A stretch of 60,573 nt of DNA, filler included, from Basidioascus undulatus (lineage: Eukaryota): assembly GCA_000826855.1 (NCBI GenBank). It is 5 parts of 5 records of this genome, joined end to end, with 100 filler letters (N's around TTAATTAATTAA, not from the genome) between each part and the next. Parts side by side here need not be neighbours in the genome. Positions count along the whole stretch, not along the records: positions 1 to 31,604 come from JTLS01000160.1; 4 more parts are not named here. The stretch is one strand, 5' to 3'. How positions within the stretch are numbered: position 1 is the first letter of the stretch; each line of letters opens with the position of its first letter. The notes below the pieces were generated by a model that was not told the DNA's origin, searched no databases, and saw only the letters and a program-made list of their open reading frames with translations. Shown here piece by piece: positions 11,318 through 24,008 of the stretch. The translations under genes were made by a program, and so were the position numbers.

Positions 11318-14300
11318 CTACAACGCATGATGGCCGCCCAGACCGCCGCCCCAGCCGTTTTGGCTGGCATCCGCGCCGTTCGAGCGCCCGTTCGTGCCTA
11401 GCATGTTGAGTCCGAACGGCAGGGTGTTTGCGCTGCTGTCCCACCAAGAGCTGGACGGGCACGCAACCGTCAGACCTTCTCTGTGAAAACGAACGACATG
11501 GTGTAAACGTACCCAGCCTCGAACACACGACTCAGTAAGTCGTCCGTGTAGACCTGCTCCTGCGGCGCCGGCCCGGATCCGCCGGACTGGGGGAAGTAGA
11601 TCTGGCTGAGGGTGTCGAGGTTCCACGGCATCGTGGTCGTCGGCGCCTGTTGACCTTGCAGCTGCTGTTGCGGCTGGGCGAAGCCCTGCGCCTGCTGAGG
11701 AGCCGGCGTCTGAACGGGGGAGACGGACAGGGGTGTGTCTTGCGACAGGTAGACCGGCTTCGGAGCGGCGGGAGGCGTGTGCGCCGCGGTCGTCGCGCTC
11801 GAGGACGCCTGCGCGGGAGCTGGTGACTGAGAGAGCTGCGAGTTCGGAGAGGACGCGTCGTTCGCCGACTCTGCCATGAGACGCTTGACACTGGAACGCG
11901 CATTGCGTGCATCAGCACCCGTACGAAGGTTTGCGCAGTACAAAAGACAACGTACACTCTCCGGAGCTCGCCTTCTGATTCATCCCCGCTTGCTTTGCGC
12001 TTCGTTCCGCCCGTCGCCCTTCTCGCGCCAGCCTCCTCGGCTGCAACACAAATCCGCATGTAAGCACGAGGCAAATCCAAAGAGCCGCCACGCAACACTC
12101 ACCGAGCAAGCCCTCAATCAGCCGAGCCGCCGTTCTCGCACCAGTCGAGACATGCTTGATCTTGTTGAGCGTGTCGAGCGCGGCGAGCATCTCGCGGCGT
12201 TTGATGTCCGCCTCCTGCGAGTGCGGGTTCTTCTCGTGGCAGAGGTCGATAAAAACAACGATGGCCGAGGCGAAGACGAAATAGAGCGCGATCCTAAAGC
12301 GCAAAATCATGCATTCAGCTTCGAATGGCGAAGAAGGTTAAGGGCAGATCATCGGAGACGTACCACCACTTCTCGAGGAAGCCACTCGACTCCTCCGCAT
12401 TCCTGAGCAACGCCAAGGACGCCCTCGCGGCCTTCACGCAGATGTTCTTGCTTCCCGCGTACTCTAAAGAAAAACTCAACGGCGTCAGCAACGTTCTTGC
12501 GACAAGCCAAGCGGAAATAGACGAACCCTTGTTCTTGTAACCCTTCGCCAGGTACGGTCGATGCAGCCTGACCAAGCGCGTCTGGCCCGTGAGCTGGATG
12601 AGGATGCGCTCCCAGTGCAGGCGCTGTGTCTCCTCCGGCGGCAGGCCGAGATCGGCGAGGTCGTAGTCGATCTGGTAGAAGTGCGGCAGGTCGGCGATGA
12701 GCTTCTGCAGCTTCTTGTCTTGCCTGTAGCATGCGAGCGTCAGCATCCGACAGTAGGCGCAGACACGAATGCGTAGAGAACGCACTCTAGAGCGAACTTG
12801 TGCGGGATGCAGCCGGATGCGTTGAACTGGTCAACGATCTCGCGGTAAAGTTGTGCGAAGCGCAAACGGTTGAGTTGGTAGGTCATGGACTGCAGATAAA
12901 GCCAAAACGGTCAATCAGGCATGAATTATTGAATACATAGGTCACAAAGACATACTGTGTGCTGGTCCATCGGCTTCGGCCGCAAAGGTTGGCCGTCGAT
13001 GAGGTCCTCGTCCTGTGAGATGTCCTCTTTCAGCATCAAGCCGATAGCGTACGCTGTAAGAAGCTCGGAACTTACCGAAATGTTCGCCGGGTACGCCGTG
13101 TGGATCTGATCGGGGTGGATGGCGTACGAGTAGTTGTGCGAGCCGGCGAGCAGCCAGTCGAGCAACACCTGCCCAACGTGGAGCAGTCAGGGTCTCCGCA
13201 TCGGCATTCCTGCACGACTGAAGGACTAACCAGGTTCCACCAGATGCGCCTGCCGACCTCGCGCGTGACGACGCTCGCCCAGCGCCCGACCCACTTGCGC
13301 TGGCCGCGCTTCGTGCTCTCGTCGTCCTCGGACGGCTCCGCGCCCAGCCGCGACAGTCCCATGTTTTGCGCGATCTATGACGAAAGCCGAAATTAGTTGG
13401 GTTCCAGCGGAGAGGTGTGCCGCTGACAAGCTGACCTTGATCGCAGCGCCCAGCAGCGAGTAGTGCGTGTCCGCCCCGCCGGAGTTGTTGAGGTACAGGC
13501 CCATCAGGACCATCGTCTGCAGGTTGTCGAGCTCGTGGTTCTCGAGGTAGTCGCTAGTCACCGCCGATATTCAGTTACGGGCATCTCGCGCCATGTGAAT
13601 GCAACGTGAACTGCTCACCTCGCCCACAGCGCCGCCCTGCTGGCCGCAAAGTACGTCGCGGGAAGGCCCTTGTGCCTACGCAATCACGCTGGTAATCAGA
13701 ACAGCATTCCACAGGCAGCAATGAAAGACGTACTCCTCCTCAGTGAAACCCGCTTGCGCAGCTTCATCGGCGTCGGCGAAATGCAGCGCGAGGCACAGGA
13801 TTATCAGGTACAGCCCGACGAAGGCCGGGACGACCTCGGTCACGCCGGACGATGGGGAGATAGCGAAGAACGCGTCAAGCTGTTGAGGAATGTTCAGAAC
13901 ATGCGGAAAACATTCGAGAGCGGGAGATACGTACATCGCGGAGGAACGATGGTACGTGGATTGCCTTGTGGAAGAAGTCGACCCTGAACGCGACGCGTCA
14001 GAAGGAAAGAACTATAGACGATTAATGTAGTCATAATGTATCTCTCACTTTCGCAACTGTGGACCCGCTCGGTGTTAGTCGCCTAAACCGCAAGACAGAA
14101 GAAAGGTAGCGAAGACACACGTAGAGCCGGACCAATGCCTCGCCCTTCGGCCGATCAGGAAGCGTCGCAAGAATGTTGCGCACTGCTTAGACAGCGAACA
14201 TTAGCAACAGGGACATAAGTCTAAGCGGTTATGCCTGACGCACTGTACATCTCCGCGCTGGCCTCGTTCTCGACGAGGAAGAAGGTTGGGTGCGCGAGAC

Positions 14301-15577
14301 TCGCGCGGATCTGGGCGGCGGTAGGATGTGTTCCGCTGGCGGTGGAGCCCCGGCGCGCGAAATGCATCTGCGTTACCGCGTACGAGAGATGCGCTACGTT
14401 CAGCGGCATCTGGGGCTGACCAGGCAGGTGCAGCTTCGACGCGGCGAGTGCAGCGTTTTCACGGCGACCGAAAGCGAGGTCCTGCGAGGCGACACTTTCA
14501 CTGTGAGGGACTGAAATGGATACTTTAAGAAACGAGACTGCACCTCTAATATGACTGCAGCCTCCTCCTCATCCCCGCTGTCCTTGCTCTCCGTTCCACC
14601 ATCGCTCGTCCTCCGCGTGTCGCGCACAGGCGACAGGTCGACCTTCGCTTGAGCTCCCGCCCGAGACTGGCCATTCCCGTCCTCCACTCCGGCCTTGCGC
14701 TTGCCGCCCCTCGGCGGCATGGCGGCCTCGTGCGCGGCGGCGAGGGACGGCGCGATGATGGCGCCCGCGGAGGGGATGCGCTCTTGGATAACCTTCATGG
14801 CCGCTTCGAGATGCGTGACGCGGTTGGTGAGGATCTCGACAGAGGTCGCGGTCGCGCAGCCGGTCCTGGTAGCGAGAATGTGGACATGGGCGGAGTGAGA
14901 TAAGCAGGTGGACGGAGTGGTGGACGGGCGTACGTCGTTCCCTCATGCTTCTCCACCTCCCGACAGATGGCCTCGTCGCCGCGAAGCGTGCAGGGACCGC
15001 AGGGGAACTTGCGGTCGCTGATGAACCCTAGGTTTCAGCTTGAGCCTCCTGTCCCCTGCGAGCGGTAGCAAACGCACCACTTGATCTTCCTCCGCCTGCA
15101 CTCGGAGCAGCTCTGGACCTGGCGCTTCTTGCTCGCGCCCTTCTTCCCTTCAGGCCCCGGGGTACCGAAGGGCTTGCGGTCGCTCATCGCGCTGTCCGGG
15201 CGCGAGGGGGGACTTGGCGGGGCATGCTGTTGGGACTGCTGTGACTGCGGCAACTGCTGGGACTGCTGAGACGGCGGTGGAATGGAAGAGAAGGGTGGCG
15301 GGAAGCTGTATGCGCTTTGGAGAGGCGGCTGGAGTGGCGGCGGCGGCGGTGGGTGATGGGCGGTGTGTTGGGAGAGGGAGGGAAAGAAGGAAGGCGTGGA
15401 AGACGAGGAGGGCAGGTTTGGTGTCGGATAAGGAAGGGAAGGGAAGCCCGACTGCTGCTGCTGCCCCTGGGGAGGCTGCTGGGACTGCTGGGTGTGAAAT
15501 AGCGATTGCGTGGGCGCCGACTGGAACGGCGACGACGCAGTGCTCGTCGGCTGCGACGGTGGAAACGCGCCCGACAT
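11318..15577 (-). CDS. Zn(II)2Cys6 fungal transcription factor with middle homology region
   Basis: SCSECRRRKIK|CDRKFPCGPCTLRGDEAIC binuclear cluster; MHR motif AIK..AQNMGLSRLG..REVGRRIWWNL; LVRLHRPYL; Q/P-rich termini. Confidence 0.92.
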
Positions 15578-17725
15578 CGTTGCCTTCCGACTTCCGAGAG
15601 TCGAGCGAGATTCAGCGAGATGATGAGCGGAGGAATCAGAGGATCGTCAACGGCCGCGGGCCCGCCACCCGTCCACGCTTGATTACTAGCCCTAGGGTAC
15701 AATTTGCGACCCTGAAAATCACGTGCGCTCAAGTCGCGAGTGCGTTCTCGTCGACCTGTCCTGTTTTCACTCCCATCTCGTCCAACGTTATCAGCAAACA
15801 CGTCTTTTAAAATAATAGAGCTGTGAGTCATGTTAGTTATGTTGACGTAAACAAGTTACAAGTACCTACGCGTGCACATCCTCGTCGGTATTCAGAGCGG
15901 AAGCCCGCCATCGCCGAGCAGAGTCGATATCTCCTTTCCAAGTGCGTCTCGCTGTACCCCGCATTTAAGCAGCCATGCATATTCCTGTCTCATCTGGAGC
16001 CGCGCGTTCGCTCCAAATAATAACTAGCAGTATGGCACACCATGTCCGAAAGCCCGACTCAAGGCTGGAGGGCTCCTCACATCCTGTGGGGCACGTTGCG
16101 GCTGTGACTGTTGCTTGCAATAAAAGCCCGCTTGCCTCACGGAGTGGGTTTGTTAGATGTCCAGTGTAAGTTTGTAAGACGCCATGCCCAGTGCTAGCGG
16201 TGGTATTTCTCATCAGTACCATTTGGAACCCGGCAATCCCCTTAGACCAAGCTGGCTTTGAAGTGCCTCGGAGCCGACGAGCACCTGCAGTCTTCTCCTT
16301 TCGACTGCAGTCTATCATGCTCGCCCACTTTGAGCCGCCTGAAGCCGAAAATTGGATAGGTGTGGTGGTTTGTACGGCTGCACAGCGCGTTGAGCACCTA
16401 CAAAGCGATGTTGCAAAATGGGGTATGCCTGACCTATACGACTCGACTGCGTTCATAAGAAATAAAGTCCGATGGGAGGAGGAGGCCCTAGCCTGACCAT
16501 TTGCTAGGCATATACCCACCAGCTGTTTGTTTTCACTGTCGCCATGACCGGTTCACCTCATAATCATTCTCTCGCCTCGAAAACGTAACATCTCACTGCT
16601 CGCCTACATGCATTCCCCAGCCTCATCCTAGACTCCCCGTCTTATCTCCACTATGGCTAGATTCAGCTCCTGACGGCGTATCTGTGCTGCGATATTCCTG
16701 CGGTCTCCACTATCGAACCGAAGCTTGTCGATCCTAGTCCGTTTCAGTCCGAACATGCGATCTTTAGACTTTCTGTCACAAACCTGAGTATGGGCCTTCA
16801 CAACTAAAAATTAAGTACTTTTCAATCGTCATTCAGCGACTACAAACCGTTTCTCAAAGGCGCAGCTTGCAAGCGCACCGCCGCAAGCGACACGCAAATC
16901 GCAGAGTGGGCCGTTTCCGCGACGTCTCCAAGACGGCAGTCTATCCAGATCATGTTGGAGAATGGAGAATGAATCCTCTGGAAATGCTTACTCAGTCGTT
17001 ATTCCATTTGCTCCTCTTCGAAGGATCCACAGAGCCAGGCGGCCGACGCCTCGTGCTGGCATGGGTGAGCCCCGCCACGATGTATAGCAAGCAAATGTCG
17101 TGTTCTCTTTTCAGGTTGTGAAACATTCTAAGCTTGGGATGTAAAGAGCGTTCGACCGCTTTAGGGCGAAGGCGCAAAGCAAGATGATTGTGGGGAAGGA
17201 ACAACAGGCCCCGGGGCACCAACACGTTCGGCGCACCGCTAACATGCTTATCGGGGCCGTGAAGAGCTCAGAAGGATCTATACAGGACGTGAACAAGTAT
17301 GACAGTCTGGAGCTAGTACATCAACGCATGTGCTCAAGGAGCTGAATTCCAGGCCTTACAAACCCGGTTTGCGTATGAGAGAGGATGTAGCACTGCAGCT
17401 GCCTTTCAAGGCCAACTGCTACCTCACCTCGCGTTGGTACAAGTTACTGTCGGACAGGAGACGATATCACGTCTTTCCGAAGCGGACAGAGCTCTTCTTC
17501 ATGCACTTTCCTTGAGTGTTCAGTCATAAATCATGAGCACATGCAGAGGGAGCGGAGGATCCCTGCTCGCTAAGCTGAAGCTGACTCGTCGACCATGGCC
17601 ACTTGCGTGCTCTCTGTCCGGCATCCGCTCATAGCCGCTTCCAGCTCGGGGCATCTTTCCGCCAGCTCTCTCTCTGCTCTCCCACCCACCTCCTTCCCGA
17701 TCACCTCCCTTTACACGCACCCAGT

Positions 17726-18280
17726 ATGCCCGTCTACCGTTTCTCGCACCCAAACGTGATCAACGCCGACCAGCGTCTCGCGCTGGCCAAGAAGATCACG
17801 GCCATCCACGCCGGTGCGTTGCCTTCCCCTTCGCGCCGAGCGTCTCCTCGAGCTGAGGTTGGGCACTTGACTGAGACAGAAGTCGCTGCCACACCTGAGC
17901 ACATCGTCAACGTCACGTTCGCGGACTCCTCGAACGACGACGAGTTTGTGGGAGGGGAGCGCGTCACGCCCCGGGTGAGGCTGCACGCGAACGTGAAGGC
18001 TGGAAGGACGGTGCGTCTTCTTCGCGCATCTGCCGCTCGATGAGGGAAGTTGTTGCTGACTGATTCACATTTAATTTTATTTCTGGTGTAGCACGACCAA
18101 AAGCGACAGACCATTGACAAGATCCGTACGGCGTACCAGGAGATTGTGGGGAGCGAGCTGAACTGTGCGTGGGTGTCTTCGCTGTCGGCTGGGCGTTGGT
18201 TCACTAATCATTGTGCGGTAACAGGGATCTGGCTGTTCGAGAACCCGAGCGATAACAACTTCACGAAGCCGCCGTACTGA
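17726..18280 (+). CDS. Small tautomerase-superfamily protein (cis-CaaD/oxalocrotonate tautomerase-like), 3 introns
   Basis: Starts M-P (catalytic Pro1): MPVYRFSH..QRLALAKKITAIHA..TPEHIVNVTF..FVGG..VKAGRT..QKRQTIDKI. Confidence 0.75.
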
Positions 18281-18436
18281 GCGGGGATCTGGGAGATGAT
18301 TAATGAAGATGAGGGTTGCACGACGAGGCGAAGCTGCCAGATAATGACCTTGCTGAAGACCATTGCAAGCCCTTACTTACACTCACCGCTCACGCATACG
18401 CACCACGCGTTCTCTTCTCTCCTTCCAAGCATGCAT

Positions 18437-19918
18437 TTATCTCCCCCCACCGCCCCGCGCCCACACGCGCACCTCCAAGCTCACGCCCGCCTTCGTGCCC
18501 ACCGAGACGTCCTCGGACGCGATGGCGAGCATGTGTTTCTGGGGGTGCCACGCGAGGGAGTTGGTCTTGCCCTCGCTCTCGAAGGTGTGCACAACTTCGC
18601 CCGTATGCAGGGACGCGATGGAGAGCGGGCGCTCATCGGTCCCTATTGCGATGTACTCGGAGTCGTGTGAGATCGAGAGCGACCGGACGAGTCCTCTGTC
18701 GGTCGAGGAAAGGGGTCAGGGTGGGGATGGGAGGGCGTAAGAGGGAGAGACAGACTCGATAGAGGAAATACAGCGTTGGCCGATCCACTCGTCCGTGGAG
18801 TAGATGCCGACGGTCGCGTCTCCGCCGCCAGTGACCATGTACCTGAGCGCCACGAAGCAGCAATGAGCTTAACCGGAAGAACACGAGCACGACCTGACCA
18901 CGAGAACACGTACTCTCCGTCCCGCGTAAAGTCGAGCACAAAGCAGCTGGAAGGGTGCGCCTCGACCTCATGCACGGTCTGCAGCGTCGGCCAGTCCAGG
19001 AGCTTGACGCAGCCGTTCATCTGCCCGACAGCAAAGATGTCGCCCTCCGGAGCCCACTTGAACTCGTACAGGTTCTGTCATGCGGCCCACAATGCCAAGT
19101 GAGCTTGGCCACGGAGGTGGAGCAGACGGAAAGATGTGATGGAGAGAGACGCACCTGTCGACTTTTCGGGATCTTGCTGAGCGGCTGGACGGGGGAGGGC
19201 GTGCCAGACGCGGCCGCGGCTGGAAGCATGCGCATGTCGAAGAAAGAGATGGCGTCCTGGCCGACGGCGAGATGCGTTCCGGACGGGTGGTACACGATGT
19301 TCATGCACTCAGTCGAGACAGGGATTACGGAGGTTGCGTTGGGCACTGGGGACATACAGCATGGTTGGGCGAATAAGCAAGTGACGGTAGTGGTGTAGGA
19401 AGACGGTGGGGAAGAGAAGACGCGAGGAAAAGAAACGTACCCCGGTCGTCCCACAGCCGCACTGTCTGGTCTCGCGCGACGGTGCTTAGGAGATGAGGGT
19501 CCGTTGGATGCCACGCTAGTTGGTTGAGGCGCGCAGAATGACCTGCCAGCGCAAGGCTCTGCTTGCCATCCGGATTTCTGGAGTCGAGCTGTCCGGCCAA
19601 ACGATCTGAGCCCCTGCAACGACCCCAACACAAAGGGAGCGGGACTCGGGACGTACCGCCTTCTCCGGCCATATCCGAACAGTCTTGTCATCACTGACGC
19701 TACCCAGGCGGCGCCCATCACAGGACCACGCGACGGCGAAGACCTGGGACTTGTGTGCGCGGGCGGACGCGAGGCGGAACTTGTTGAACTCGGGGGACTG
19801 GCGGGGCCGGGCGGGAGAAAGAGAGTGAGGATGGTGGAGCATGGCTGGGTTTTCGGAGGTGGCTGACCTTGACTGTCCGGGCAGCGAAGGTGAGGTGATG
19901 AGGGATGTCCGAGGCCAT
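18437..19918 (-). CDS. THOC3: WD40 protein, THO complex subunit 3 / Tex1-like
   Basis: VFAVAWSCDGRRLGSVSDDKTVRIW, GHSARLNQLAWHPTDPHLLSTVARDQTVRLWD, EAHPSSCFVLDFTRDG.YMVTGGGDA and VRSLSISHDSEYIA; repeat order typical of THOC3. Confidence 0.75.
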
Positions 19919-20191
19919 GCTGATTTGTTGGTTCGACGGACGCAGTGAGGAGATCGAGGGAGATTGAGCGCCCGAAGATTCGACCGCGACAATTATCAAC
20001 TCGAGCTGTGGCCAAATTTGAATGGCAAGGGTGAGTAGGGCAGTGTTGCGAAAGAGCTGCGAGGGGGAGTCGATGGAGGGAAGGCAAGAAGCGAGAGACG
20101 CGACGACGGCGCGTCGTGCCTTGCTCGTTCCTTGCCCTTTCACGCTCATCCACCCGCCCACCAGCAGACCACCGCCCATCCTCCGCCTGCA

Positions 20192-22214
20192 ATGTCCTCG
20201 GTCGGGTCACAACAACAAAAGGTGTCTGCGGCGTACACTCGCCGCGCGGGCCACGAGCTCGCCCGTCTCCTCTCGGCGGATGACTTTGGGCCGCAGGGGC
20301 ATGGGATCGCACTCGTGCAGAACATGGGCAACTCGCAGGTCCGGTTTCTTTCCCGGATGTCCGTGATATCTTTACTAAAGGTGTGGATATGGGACGATTA
20401 GCGCAGCTACCTCGAGCGCCACTTCCAAAAGAACATCGCCGCGCCCTGGGACCAGCTCTGCATAGAGCATGCGATCGTTTGCGCCTGCCTGCGCGACGGC
20501 GAGCGCGCATACAAGGCCGCTTTCGAGACGCAGAACAAGCTAGCGACGTAAGTTTTCTTGACTAGAGGCGATGAGGGCGTGGGCTCATGGGACTGGGTTG
20601 GAGATGGTAGCGAGTTCTTGCGGTGGTTCCAGGCGAGTGGGCAGAGGTGGGTGCTGCCCGTGCTGTACCAGGTGTGCAGGGATATGAGGCACCTGGCGGA
20701 ACAGGTGCGTGCATTTTACGAACGTCTCACTTGGAGTGCGCTTGCTGATCTAGCGTTGCACCTCGTATCTTCGACCTGCTCACCCTCGCTCACCTCGACT
20801 CCCGCTCACTTGCCCTCCATTTCTCACTTTCACTCGCTGCTCATCTCTCATCTGTCAGGCGGACGAATATCTCGCCCGCAAAGGGATCAAGACCTTTGCT
20901 CTCGAAGAGGCTGCCCGCTTCCTCAACAAAGCGTTCACCGCATGCCTAGCCGATCGGTACATTTCCCTTCCTCCGCTCCCCGACTCTCGCTTCCCTGCTC
21001 TCGTCTCATCTCCAACTATGCCAGAATCAACACCTACGATGACTCCCGAAGATGGGGCACGTACTACGTCGTCGGGCTGGTATTCAAGACATACTTCAAG
21101 GTGCGCTTCGCTTCCCCAACCCGCCCGTTCCTCTTCGCCCAGCATCTCACCCCGGTTCTCTTTCGATGCCATCAGGTCGACCGCATCCCTTTGTGTAGAA
21201 ACATCAATCGCGCGATCCAGGCCACGAAGGACCTCGCGCCGCTGTCGGCGTTCCCGAAGTCCCATCAGGTCACGTACCGGTATTACAACGGCGTGCTCGC
21301 GTTTTTGGATGAGAAATTCGAGAAGGTATATTTGCCTATATTCGCATTCCGAGGGGCCTGGCTGACTGTGACGCGATGGGTCCGACAGGCGGAGGAAGAC
21401 CTCAACTTCGCTTCCGACCACTGCCATCGCTCCTCGCACCGGAACATGGAGTTCGTCGCTCTTTCCCCTCCCTCGCTTTTCAGCTTCCATCAAAGCCATA
21501 ACTCATCTCGGCCGGACCCAGGCTCATCCTCACCTACCTCATCCCCCTCCGCCTCCTGCGCGGCACGCTCCCCTCCCGCGCGCTCCTCGAGCGCTTCCCG
21601 CGGCTCTCCACGCTCTACGATCCCTTCGTAGACGCCCTCAAGCGCGGGAACGTAAAGGCGTACGACGAGGCGCTCGTGCACGGGGAGCGGCCACTCGCGG
21701 AGAGCGGGACGTACGGCGTGGTCGAACGCGGGAGGGAGATCTGCTTGAGGGGATTGTTCCGGAAAGTGTGCGTCAATCGATTATACGGGTTTTTATGACG
21801 GAGCTGAAAAGGGGAGACACATACTGATTGATGTGACGTGGGGGGAGGACAGTTGGGAGTTCAACGGCCAGGAGAAGATCGTGCCCGTTTCTCTGTTCCG
21901 AGCTGCGCTGCGCACGGGGGGAGTAGACATCGAGACGGAGGAGGTCGAGTGCTTGTTGGCGGGGATGATCTTCAAGGTTCGCCCGCTCCTCCATACCACC
22001 CCTTCGCACAGCCTTCCCGCATCTGCCTCGCCTTCTCTTCTCTCTGTCTTGATAACCTTGGGTTCTGACTTGCGATGCGGTGCACTAGGGATACATGAAA
22101 GGCTACATCGCCCAGCCGCAGCAGAAGGTCGTTATGCCCGACTTCAAGCTCGGCAAATCGCACCCGTTCCCGCCTGTAGGGCAGGTCAGGCCTGCAGTGG
22201 CCATACCATTCTAG
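20192..22214 (+). CDS. CSN12: PCI-domain protein, CSN12/PCID2 (Thp1-related) family
   Basis: WVLPVLYQVCRDMRHLA, LEEAARFLNKAFTACLAD, SRRWGTYYVVGLVFKTYFK, FPKSHQVTYRYYNGVLAFL, ILTYLIP and EEVECLLAGMIFKGYMKGYI. Confidence 0.88.
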
Positions 22215-22607
22215 GTTGGGCGGGGCGGGCAGAGGGAGTAGCGGCGGAGAGGGACGCATGAATCTTGTTGTACTGATTCCGTCGAGGGCTGAGGAAGAAC
22301 GTGCGCTGAGGATTGTTTCGATTCTAACTGCAGCCCTGTTAGGCCGGACAGGAGTCGCACGTCTTCGACGTCTGCTTCTCCCCACATATTTCGATTCGAC
22401 CTATATTATGTTCTTCTCGAAATCATTATGTCTTGCAGGCTGTAGTCGGTAAGTCGGGGGAACTGTCTTTTTGACGCTGACACTTCGAACGCGACGCCAG
22501 CACGCGCCAACATGCCGCATGCTTCGCGCAAGGCTGGCCCTGGACCATCGCTACCGCACTCTCGTCCATCCCATCCTCCTCACCTTTTTCCCATCGACGG
22601 TTCCATA

Positions 22608-23707
22608 ATGATTACCTACGTGCGCAATGCAGCCCTCGATCGGCCCCAACCGCGGACCTTCCTCCGCCTCATCGCTTATCGCGCGTTCCCTTCCCCTAGA
22701 TCCTCCTCGTCTCCCGCCAGGGCAAGGTCCGGCTCGCCAAATGGTTCACGACCATGCCGCCCAAGCAGAAGGCGAAGATAGTGAAGGATGTCACGCAGCT
22801 GGTTCTGGCCAGGAGGACGAGGATGTGTAACTTCTTGGAGTACAAGGGTGAGTGCGGTGCGTTTGACCGGGACGTGAGGAGAGCGCGGTGTGAAGGCGTA
22901 CGCGAGAATGGATCGTTAGATGGGGAGACGGTACCAGTTTGGTGCTGGAATGTCTTTCTAGAAGAAGCAGAAGGTGTTCAACGCCGTGCCTCCTGAGCCG
23001 CTGGTCAAGGGGCACAGGTCCACAGGTCCACAGCCCCTTCGGCGGCTCCCCACTCGATCAGCCACTGCAGCCCGAACGCGAGCTCACAACCCATTCGGCC
23101 CATACGCCCATAGACACCAAAGTCGTATACCGCCGCTATGCATCTCTCTTCTTCGTCTGCGGCATCTCCTCCGCCGACAACGAGCTGATCACGCTGGAGA
23201 TCATCCACCGCTACGTCGAGGTGCTGGACCGATACTTCGGGAATGTGCGTCCACCGACTGTCTTCCCTTTATAGTTGAGCCTGTACTGATGATCTTGGAC
23301 GGTGCAGGTCTGCGAGCTGGATCTGTGCGTCGTCGTTGGGGGTGTGGATGGGGTCGTTGAGGGGGCATTATACTGACCTTGCGTCGTGGCTCACACAGCA
23401 TCTTTAACTTCCAAAAAGCCTACTCCGTGCGTGGCGCTGCGTCCACATAAAACATTCAAAGCTGACACGATGAGTCTGTTGCAGATCCTGGACGAGCTGA
23501 TCATTGGCGGAGAGTTGCAAGAATCCTCAAAGAAGAGCGTGTTGCGAACAGTACGTCCAGCTCGCTCTCAGCCCCCAGCCCGCCCATTCAGTTGCGGCGA
23601 GCTGAATACAAGCGTTATTGCTTTCATAGGTCGCACAAAGCGATGGGATCCAGGAGGCGGAGGAGTCGGAGGACAGCCTGGCACGGTTGGGCAGCGGTCA
23701 CCGTTGA
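22608..23707 (+). CDS. APS1: AP-1 clathrin adaptor sigma subunit
   Basis: [96 protein letters not shown]. Confidence 0.95.
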
Positions 23708-24008
23708 GGGCGTGCTTGGATTGATCTGATTTTGCACTTTATCGATTCGCGGGCCGGCGCTGCGCGCTGGAATGTTTACTGCTCCGAAGCGACATTGAGA
23801 AAAAGTTTTAAGAAGCAAAGGAAGCCATCACCCACGGCGCGTCTGTAGCGGCTCAACCCGAAGTGCGACGCGGCGACCGAGGTTGCAAGCTGGCGCGTGA
23901 AGGCCAGGGCGAACCCTGCCCCTTGTCTTCCGCTTCGGCCCTTGGACTTGTTCTTTCACCTCCTCGCTGCCAGTTTTCTTAGACACCCGCGCCTCGCAAG
24001 ACGAGCCC

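Noticed and set aside
19017..20510. 497-aa minus-strand ORF overlapping THOC3 and CSN12
   Set aside because: GC-rich read-through of introns and UTR; only its last part is a real THOC3 exon.
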